From a bacterium (GTDB lineage: Bacteria > Zhuqueibacterota > Zhuqueibacteria > Oceanimicrobiales > Oceanimicrobiaceae), in the NCBI GenBank assembly GCA_037446635.1, contig JBBIIG010000003.1, positions 130,735 through 167,740 of the forward strand: a stretch of 37,006 nucleotides of DNA, given 5' to 3'. Shown piece after piece: positions 27,604-34,501 of the stretch (its first letter is position 1; every line of letters starts with the position of its first letter). A program made the position numbers and the translations under genes. The notes beneath the pieces are model-generated. The model made no database searches. It saw only the letters and a program-made list of their open reading frames with translations, and had not been told where the DNA came from.

Positions 27604-29556
27604 CTACTTCATCAACGTCATTTTCCTGGTTTCCACCACGCCGCCAGCTTCAATGCGATAGATGTACACGCCGCTGGAAAGATTTTCAGCGTTCCAGGTA
27701 ACTGAATAAGTACCGCTGGACAGGGTTTTGTTGTCAATGAGCGTCGCCACAAGCTGCCCCAACACGTTGTACACTTTCAGCGTCACCGGGCCGGTTTTGG
27801 CCAAATCGAAACGGATGGTGGTGCTGGGGTTAAACGGATTGGGGTAGTTCTGGCTCAGCGAGAACCGCACCGGTTGCGTGGTAGGGTCGGGTTGCAACTC
27901 AACTGAGGTGACATTTTCTAAGACGAAATTCAAGATAGCCCAGTATTGGGAAGTCACCAACGTATAATAGCCAGGGTCGTTCGCGCCCACCGGATCCCCA
28001 TACGGATCGTCCGGCACGTTCGGCTGCCAGCAGTAATACGCGTACGCATCCCCAAATTGCTCGTGCGCCTGCGTCGAACCCGTGCTGCCGCCGATGTTGA
28101 ACCCTATGCACGACTGCCCATTCACATGCGGATTATAAATCGCTAACTCCACGTCCCACACCCCATTCTCCAAATCAATCGTCGTCGCCATGCGCGCTAT
28201 CGCCCCAGCATCAAACACCCGCTGTGAATCCGCAAACGTACACCGCCACTCCTCCGGAATGTAGGTCTCATTCCCCGCGTTCAACGTCAACTGATCCCCC
28301 ATAATCAAAAAATGATACGGCCCATCCGGCGCCGCGTACACGTTGCCGTCGTACCAACCCTGCAAATCCACTCCCAAGCGATTCGACAAACCCACAAACA
28401 ACTGATCCCCACTCCACTGCCCCGGCCAAAATAAATCCGTCGAATCGTTCACAATCTCATCAATATGAATGAACACATACAGCGTGTCCTCCGACCACAG
28501 CATCCGCGCGTAGTACTCATCGTAGTCCGGCTCCGTCAACGACTCCCGATAGTACTTGTTCGTCCAGATCTCGTACCCCGACGCCGTGATCAAATTCGCC
28601 TGCGCGCCGGCCGACCAGACTTCCTCCATGAGGCCGTCAATGACAACCGTGCCGGGATCGACCATCGGCACATTGACTTCCTTGCGAATGACCACTTCTG
28701 GCGGTGGGACGAATTTCAAGATAGCCCAGTATTGGGAAGTCACCAACGTATAATAGCCAGGGTCGTTCGCGCCCACCGGATCCCCATACGGATCGTCCGG
28801 CACGTTCGGCTGCCAGCAGTAATACGCGTACGCATCCCCAAATTGCTCGTGCGCCTGCGTCGAACCCGTGCTGCCGCCGATGTTGAACCCTATGCACGAC
28901 TGCCCATTCACATGCGGATTATAAATCGCTAACTCCACGTCCCACACCCCATTCTCCAAATCAATCGTCGTCGCCATGCGCGCTATCGCCCCAGCATCAA
29001 ACACCCGCTGTGAATCCGCAAACGTACACCGCCACTCCTCCGGAATGTAGGTCTCATTCCCCGCGTTCAACGTCAACTGATCCCCCATAATCAAAAAATG
29101 ATACGGCCCATCCGGCGCCGCGTACACGTTGCCGTCGTACCAACCCTGCAAATCCACTCCCAAGCGATTCGACAAACCCACAAACAACTGATCCCCACTC
29201 CACTGCCCCGGCCAAAATAAATCCGTCGAATCGTTCACAATCTCATCAATATGAATGAACACATACAGCGTGTCCTCCGACCACAGCATCCGCGCGTAGT
29301 ACTCATCGTAGTCCGGCTCCGTCAACGACTCCCGATAGTACTTGTTCGTCCAGATCTCGTACCCCGACGCCGTGATCAAATTCGCCTGCGCGGCATCTCC
29401 CCAAGCCGGCTCATCCATCACGCCGTTGATGGTCATAGCAGATGGAGTGACATACGGCACTTCAACGACTTTGCGCTCGGTGGGCTGCGCCGTCAACAAG
29501 GCCGCCAACCCCAGAACGCAAACGCCGGTTAACGAAATTAAAATCAATTTTTTCAT
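27604..29556 (-). CDS. Secreted protein with two tandem CBM9/DOMON-like domains and a T9SS type-A-like C-terminal sorting domain
   Basis: Signal peptide. Two domains each begin I(N/D)G.M.E..W and contain ARMLWSEDTLYVFIHI.D. Tail FSLSQNYPNPFNPSTTIRF...LKVYNVLGQLV...SSGVYIYRI...TRKMTLMK. SD AGGAGG. Confidence 0.85.
   Translation of the reverse strand: MKKLILISLTGVCVLGLAALLTAQPTERKVVEVPYVTPSAMTINGVMDEPAWGDAAQANLITASGYEIWTNKYYRESLTEPDYDEYYARMLWSEDTLYVFIHIDEIVNDSTDLFWPGQWSGDQLFVGLSNRLGVDLQGWYDGNVYAAPDGPYHFLIMGDQLTLNAGNETYIPEEWRCTFADSQRVFDAGAIARMATTIDLENGVWDVELAIYNPHVNGQSCIGFNIGGSTGSTQAHEQFGDAYAYYCWQPNVPDDPYGDPVGANDPGYYTLVTSQYWAILKFVPPPEVVIRKEVNVPMVDPGTVVIDGLMEEVWSAGAQANLITASGYEIWTNKYYRESLTEPDYDEYYARMLWSEDTLYVFIHIDEIVNDSTDLFWPGQWSGDQLFVGLSNRLGVDLQGWYDGNVYAAPDGPYHFLIMGDQLTLNAGNETYIPEEWRCTFADSQRVFDAGAIARMATTIDLENGVWDVELAIYNPHVNGQSCIGFNIGGSTGSTQAHEQFGDAYAYYCWQPNVPDDPYGDPVGANDPGYYTLVTSQYWAILNFVLENVTSVELQPDPTTQPVRFSLSQNYPNPFNPSTTIRFDLAKTGPVTLKVYNVLGQLVATLIDNKTLSSGTYSVTWNAENLSSGVYIYRIEAGGVVETRKMTLMK
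27929..28606. repeat. 678-bp intragenic direct repeat, copy A
   Basis: Compared line by line with 28715-29392 (offset 786 nt = 262 codons); no mismatch seen. Confidence 0.95.
28715..29392. repeat. 678-bp intragenic direct repeat, copy B
   Basis: Identical by eye to 27929-28606. Confidence 0.95.
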
Positions 29557-29630
29557 GACAACTCCTCCTGAATAAAGGTTAGTTTAAAACATCACCCAAT
29601 ATTCACCGCTGTATCCGGAAACTTGCGTTC

Positions 29631-29641
29631 ATCACCTCCTT
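29631..29641 (-). promoter_or_regulatory. Extended Shine-Dalgarno-like site with no properly spaced start codon
   Basis: The minus strand reads AAGGAGGTGAT, an 11-nt complement of the canonical 16S 3' end, about 75 nt upstream of the start at 29556. That gene has its own SD. Confidence 0.45.
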
Positions 29642-29663
29642 CAGCAGTTGGTTCCCGAAAAGT

Positions 29664-30962
29664 TTAAAGGCGATAGCGGATGGCCACCACCGGCAGAATC
29701 ACATTCGAGTCGTAGGTTCCAGCCACACCGCTGTTCACGGTGGAATCAATCTCACGAGCCTGGCCGATGGCATAGGCCAATGCGGCATCGAGGGCGATAC
29801 GTCCGCTCTGGTAACCGATGCCCGCGGCAAACCAGTGTTGATGAACGCCGGGCAGCAATAAGCTGTACGTGGCAGCGCTGTTGGGGCTTTGGCTGAAGCG
29901 GTAGCTGGCGCGATAGCTCCACTGCTCATTATAAATGAATTCGTATCCGATTCCGAGCTCCAGCGTGTTGTCGAAATTCAGCGGCAGGCGATCGCCGCGG
30001 AAACCCGTCACGGTATCGGTTGCCGCCAAGCCGGTTTGCCAGACGGCGTCGCTGAAGGTGAAGCGTAGTTCATCCTGGGTGCTGCCCCAGAGATGGTAAG
30101 CGGCGTCGAGATTCAATTCTGAACGCGCGCCTATTTTGTAGGCCAGGCCGACGCCCATCACCCACGGCATCTCGAATTCGCTGGAGAGCGCAACTTGAGC
30201 CGGCGCGCCGTAGAGATCCGCAAGCAAGTTGCTCACGGCCTCGCCTTCCAGGTCGGCGGCGTAAGCCGTGCGCACCAATCCGCCCACGCGAAATTGATTT
30301 GAGAGCTCCGCGCTTAGGCCAACGTTCACCCCGAATGCCCAGGCGTTTTGATCATATTCAACCTGGTAGGCCGATAACCCGCGATTCTGATACCAGCCCG
30401 CGTTCGCCAAAGGAAAATCTGAACGCTGGGTGAAGCGATACAGGTTGGCGCTCAAGCCCACCGCGACGCGACCCAACTTGAATGCTGCCGCCGGCGTGAT
30501 AGCATCAATGGTAAGTTGGTTGAACAGGTCGAATACCAGCACCACCGAGCTGCCGGGTTTTTCGCGAAACATGGCAAACGGCCACTCGACGCGAAAGTCC
30601 GCGGCACGGTAGTAAGCCACACCCGCCGCCAGGCTCTCCGACATTCGCCAGAACGCGCCGCCGGCAAACGAAAAGTGATTGGCGCGAAACGAACGAAACA
30701 ACCCATCCGCGGGGGAGTCGAGATACTGGCGGCCGGCGCGATCCAAAACCGCGAATTGCAGAAAACGGCCGCTGCTACGCAACAGCGCTGCCGGATTGGC
30801 CGCCGCCGCGGCGAGGCCATCGCCGCCGGCAAAATAGAGGCCGTTGCGGGCGAAGGTGCGCGCTCCGAAGACCGGCAAAAAATTGGTATCGCCCGCGGGC
30901 AAAATTTCAGCGATGCCCAGAAGGCCAACAATCACAATTAAAAACCTCTTCTTGGCTGTCAT
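29664..30962 (-). CDS. FadL/OmpP1-family outer-membrane beta-barrel
   Basis: True start MTAKKRFLIV (ATG 30962, GGAG SD); signal peptide; GAR......FAGGDG.AAAAANPAAL hatch motif; amphipathic strands; C-terminal IRYRL. Confidence 0.8.
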   Translation of the reverse strand: MTAKKRFLIVIVGLLGIAEILPAGDTNFLPVFGARTFARNGLYFAGGDGLAAAAANPAALLRSSGRFLQFAVLDRAGRQYLDSPADGLFRSFRANHFSFAGGAFWRMSESLAAGVAYYRAADFRVEWPFAMFREKPGSSVVLVFDLFNQLTIDAITPAAAFKLGRVAVGLSANLYRFTQRSDFPLANAGWYQNRGLSAYQVEYDQNAWAFGVNVGLSAELSNQFRVGGLVRTAYAADLEGEAVSNLLADLYGAPAQVALSSEFEMPWVMGVGLAYKIGARSELNLDAAYHLWGSTQDELRFTFSDAVWQTGLAATDTVTGFRGDRLPLNFDNTLELGIGYEFIYNEQWSYRASYRFSQSPNSAATYSLLLPGVHQHWFAAGIGYQSGRIALDAALAYAIGQAREIDSTVNSGVAGTYDSNVILPVVAIRYRL

Positions 30963-30984
30963 GCTATCTCCCAGTCGCTCATTT

Positions 30985-31938
30985 TTAAAAAGTCCGGAAC
31001 GTGGCAAAGGCGTAGAAATTCGTTGACCGCAGCCGCGAAGCGCGATCCCAACTGTTGTTGCCGATCCAGATATAGTAGTTTTTATTTCGCTCCAGCCCAC
31101 TAAATTCGTTGAAGACGCGGGTTTCCGGAAAAGCTTGTCCAAGAATCAAGGGCGCGGAGATCACATTCTTCGTGCCATAGACAGGATTGCCGCCCACGAT
31201 TTCCTCCGACCACATTTCCCACACCACCTTGTTGGGATCGAACTGCTGCCCCTCGGTGATGCCAATGGCGGCGACTTGCGGATCCGTAACGCCGGCCTGA
31301 GTGATTTGCCAAGTCACCACCACGTCGGCGCTAAGGGTGGGCTGAATCACATCCAACACGCCCAGTCTTCCGAGAGGACGGACGTCGGCGATGTTGACGA
31401 AAACATCCAGCGCTTGATGGAGATGGGCAAAAACACTGGCGTTCACCAATACCGTGTCGTTTCGCACGCTTACCATGCTGCCGGTCAACGTTGGATCCTC
31501 CTTGAGCGTTTTGCCGGCGTTGGCCGCTGCCAGAGTCCAGGCGTCTTTTTTCATGAGCCAAAACGTATAAACATTATCCTCTTCGAGACGATCAGCGCTT
31601 TGACCGCCGTATTGCTGCGTCAAAACCTGCGCGCCGGCCGGCGCCTCGCCAAACTTAACGGGAAAGCGGATGTCATCTTCATCGGCAGCGATGAGCCAAA
31701 CGAGTGTGGAATCGAGGCGGGCGACACTGCCGCGATTGACACCCAACGCCGCAACGTACCCGCCCACCCAAGTTATTCTGGGAACGAAGCTTCCCGATTC
31801 CACTAAAATGCCGGACAACTCCCGCTGCCCCTGGTAGGGTGCGAGAGAATTGTCGTCGCTGCAGGAGAAGGCGAGTAAGAATCCGGCAAGGCACGTTGCC
31901 GCCCAACCCAATCGAAATTGCCCAAAAATCCTGCTCAT
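30985..31938 (-). CDS. Lipoprotein of unknown function with two homologous beta-rich domains
   Basis: Lipobox-like LAFS-C followed by SDDN; internal two-fold similarity (see findings). Confidence 0.75.
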   Translation of the reverse strand: MSRIFGQFRLGWAATCLAGFLLAFSCSDDNSLAPYQGQRELSGILVESGSFVPRITWVGGYVAALGVNRGSVARLDSTLVWLIAADEDDIRFPVKFGEAPAGAQVLTQQYGGQSADRLEEDNVYTFWLMKKDAWTLAAANAGKTLKEDPTLTGSMVSVRNDTVLVNASVFAHLHQALDVFVNIADVRPLGRLGVLDVIQPTLSADVVVTWQITQAGVTDPQVAAIGITEGQQFDPNKVVWEMWSEEIVGGNPVYGTKNVISAPLILGQAFPETRVFNEFSGLERNKNYYIWIGNNSWDRASRLRSTNFYAFATFRTF

Positions 31939-31979
31939 ATTTTAACCTCGACCTTTTTTAAGTATCCACTCTTTCGTGA

Positions 31980-33392
31980 TTAGAGCCGCTTTAGTAATTC
32001 CTGCCAGTGCGGATTATGCACCTCATCTTCTTTATTCGAATGCAGCAACACGTAACGGCCGTCGGAACGTAAATCCCCAAACACAAATTCATAGCGGCGA
32101 TCCCGGCGGTAAATCCAAATTTCGTAGGGCGTAGTCTCGGCCTCGCTGGCGTAGTGTTCGATCTCATCCGGCATGCCGTTTTGGATGAGCACGCGGCCGC
32201 GGTCGCTCTCCACGCCGTCATTTTTCCCCCAGCTAAAATATTGCTTGCAGTACTGCACCCGCTGCTGAATTTGTTCGAGGAATTCGTTGCGCAGCGTGCC
32301 GGGCGTGGGGTCGCGGTCGCGCCAAAAGCGCAGGAGAAAGTGCGCTTTAGCGGTTTTGGTCAAGTGTTCAAAAATTTTCAGCTCATCGGCGTTGGCAAGA
32401 TGCTTAAGAACTTTGGCGGCTTGCTGCGCTTGTTCCTCGCTGATCTCCGGCGGAGATGAAGCGTAATCAAGCTGAATCACCTCAAAAGCCCGCGTTCGAG
32501 TAGTGAGCAATCGTCCGCCGGCGTCTTGAATTGCGGCTTCCAGCTCGTAGATTCCGGAAGGGATTCGCGAGACGTCGAAGCCGTGCAAAACGCCCGCCTG
32601 CCAGTGGCCTCTGGCCTGCCTGTGCGGGGAGGCGAGCAGACCGGTGGTTGCGCTTGGCCGGCGCACCTCCATCGCGGGCAGGGATTTCACCGGCGCGCCG
32701 TCCATTTGGCGGATGGTGTACGCCGCTTTGAAACTCGACCCGAGCGATTCCGGCAGGTTGTAAATTTCATAATAAAAATAGAGGATGGAGTTCAGCGCGC
32801 CGTAGCGCCGCGCCGGATTGGGAATGACCGTGCGGTTGCCTTTGACGAAATGATCGCGAGCCGCGCCCTCTTCCGCATAAGAAACAAATTCGATCTCGCT
32901 GGCTGCGACTCCGGCTTCGTTAAATTCCGGCACATGCAAATCAAATTTCGCCAGTCCACTGGCGGCGCCCTTCAAATCTTTCACCGCCAGCTGACAGGAA
33001 TAGATGCCGGGGGAAAGCTCGGCGGCCCAAACGTCGTAAATCGCGAGCGCCTTCAAATCGGCGGAATCCTGCGCCACCACGGCGTCGGTGGTCCAGCGGT
33101 GCTGGCTGATTTGATAGGTGGCCAAATTTTGCAGCGTCAAGTTGGCCTCGTAGGTGGCCACTCTTTTTTCTGACTGCGTTGAGTATTGCAGTTGATCGCT
33201 GTACAGCATCAAATAAATTTCCTGATAGGTTTTATCCGACTGGCCGCGGAAGCCAGCGAAGTCAACATAGAAGCGCAACTCGCCGGTGGAAACCACCGGC
33301 GCGTCGTTGGTTTTCGCATGGCGGGTTATCGCCGTCATCCCAAAGATAAACGGGAAAACGACAGCGAAGAATTTTTTGCATGAACAGTTCAT
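31980..33392 (-). CDS. GWxTD-domain protein
   Basis: FW..RDPTPGT.RNEF.....QRVQY, signature variant DGVESDRGRVLI..G.PDEIE, and PYEIWIY...FVF.D....G.Y.L.HS. Hydrophobic N-terminus and Ig-like N-terminal region. Confidence 0.85.
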   Translation of the reverse strand: MNCSCKKFFAVVFPFIFGMTAITRHAKTNDAPVVSTGELRFYVDFAGFRGQSDKTYQEIYLMLYSDQLQYSTQSEKRVATYEANLTLQNLATYQISQHRWTTDAVVAQDSADLKALAIYDVWAAELSPGIYSCQLAVKDLKGAASGLAKFDLHVPEFNEAGVAASEIEFVSYAEEGAARDHFVKGNRTVIPNPARRYGALNSILYFYYEIYNLPESLGSSFKAAYTIRQMDGAPVKSLPAMEVRRPSATTGLLASPHRQARGHWQAGVLHGFDVSRIPSGIYELEAAIQDAGGRLLTTRTRAFEVIQLDYASSPPEISEEQAQQAAKVLKHLANADELKIFEHLTKTAKAHFLLRFWRDRDPTPGTLRNEFLEQIQQRVQYCKQYFSWGKNDGVESDRGRVLIQNGMPDEIEHYASEAETTPYEIWIYRRDRRYEFVFGDLRSDGRYVLLHSNKEDEVHNPHWQELLKRL

Positions 33393-33410
33393 GAACTATA
33401 ACGACCAGAA

Positions 33411-33506
33411 TTAATGGATTAGTGGATTAGTGGATTAGTGGATCAATGGATTAATTGTTTTCTTAGCCTGACATTGCTCCATGGATCCAACACTCCATTA
33501 CTCCAC
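33411..33506. repeat. Bipartite octamer-repeat element
   Basis: ttaatggattagtggattagtggattagtggatcaatggattaa ... tccaacactccattactcca. Confidence 0.8.
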
Positions 33507-33563
33507 TTCGATGATGATCAATTTTAAGATTTCGAAAATGCAAATGACTCAGATCATCTCAGA

Positions 33564-34397
33564 TCAGTCTTTGAGTCCGCTGAGCGTGATGCCGCGGATG
33601 AAATATTTTTGCGCGAAAAAGAACACCAGCAAAATCGGCAGCGTGGCGGTGACCGAGCCGGCCATCAAGTGATCCCACTCGGTGCGGTAGCGATCGCGGA
33701 AAATCGCCAATCCCAATTGCACGGTTTGCATCTCTTCGGAATTGACAACAATCAGCGGCCACAGAAAATCGTTGAAAAAAAACATAAAAATGAAAATGCC
33801 GAGGGTGGCAAGCGCTGGTTTGGAAAGCGGCAGAATGATCCGCCACAAAACCATGAAGCGGCTGCAGCCGTCGATGAACGCGGCTTCTTCCAATTCGCGC
33901 GGAATAGTCAGGAAAAATTGCCGCAGCAAAAAGGTGCCGAACGCCGACGCCAGCCCGGGCACGATGAGCGCGGCGTAGGTATCGATCCACCCCAGCCAGT
34001 GCATCACCATGAAAGTGGGGATCATCGTCACCTGGCCGGGGATCATCATGGTGCCGAGGAAGAGGAGGAACAAAACGTCGCGGCCCCAGAAACGCAGGCG
34101 CGCAAAAGCATACGCCGCCATCGAGCAGGTGATCAATTGCCCGAAGGTGCATGACAGCGCCACAATAAATGTGTTGAGATAAAATCTCCCAAACGGCGCC
34201 GCGCGAAAGGCATTCACATAATTTTCAAATTTGAAGGTTTCGGGCAGCCAGCGCGGGGGATAAACCAAAATTTCAGTGATGGGCTTTATTGAGGTCAACA
34301 CCATCCAGAGGAACGGCGCCACCGTGGCGGCCGCGGCGGCGTAAACCACGAGGTGCAGCAGGATCAATTTGGCTATTTTCAGAAACGGTGAACGCAT
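33564..34397 (-). CDS. Carbohydrate ABC transporter permease (MalG-like, CUT1)
   Basis: PFLWM..TS.K, AAYAFARL, EAA loop IPRELEEAAFIDG, NDFLWPL and QKYFIRG. Confidence 0.95.
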   Translation of the reverse strand: MRSPFLKIAKLILLHLVVYAAAAATVAPFLWMVLTSIKPITEILVYPPRWLPETFKFENYVNAFRAAPFGRFYLNTFIVALSCTFGQLITCSMAAYAFARLRFWGRDVLFLLFLGTMMIPGQVTMIPTFMVMHWLGWIDTYAALIVPGLASAFGTFLLRQFFLTIPRELEEAAFIDGCSRFMVLWRIILPLSKPALATLGIFIFMFFFNDFLWPLIVVNSEEMQTVQLGLAIFRDRYRTEWDHLMAGSVTATLPILLVFFFAQKYFIRGITLSGLKD

Positions 34398-34418
34398 ATC
34401 AGGTTCAAAAATTTTTTC

Positions 34419-34490
34419 ACCGCAAAGGCGCTAAGACGCTAAAAATGAATAGAGCGGTTTTTGATTTCTCAAACATTGCGTCTTTGCGGT
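34419..34490. repeat. Short inverted-repeat element (CGCAAAG...CTTTGCG type)
   Basis: accgcaaaggcgctaagacgctaa ... ttgcgtctttgcggt. Confidence 0.75.
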
Positions 34491-34501
34491 TAACGTTTAG
34501 C

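Noticed and set aside
27929..29392. Diversity-generating retroelement (template/variable repeat pair)
   Set aside because: The copies are identical with no adenine-specific mismatches, both are in-frame in the same gene, and no reverse transcriptase is in the window.
29631..29641. 16S rRNA 3'-end fragment (atcacctcctt on the plus strand)
   Set aside because: The match is only 11 nt with no flanking rRNA sequence; it is better read as an SD-like motif on the minus strand.
30963..31142. N-terminal extensions in the ORF track (FadL-like gene here; also rbsD 15475-15540 and the ORF called from 2467)
   Set aside because: They overlap upstream genes or repeats, or precede an obvious signal peptide or conserved N-terminus. 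Downstream ATGs fit better.
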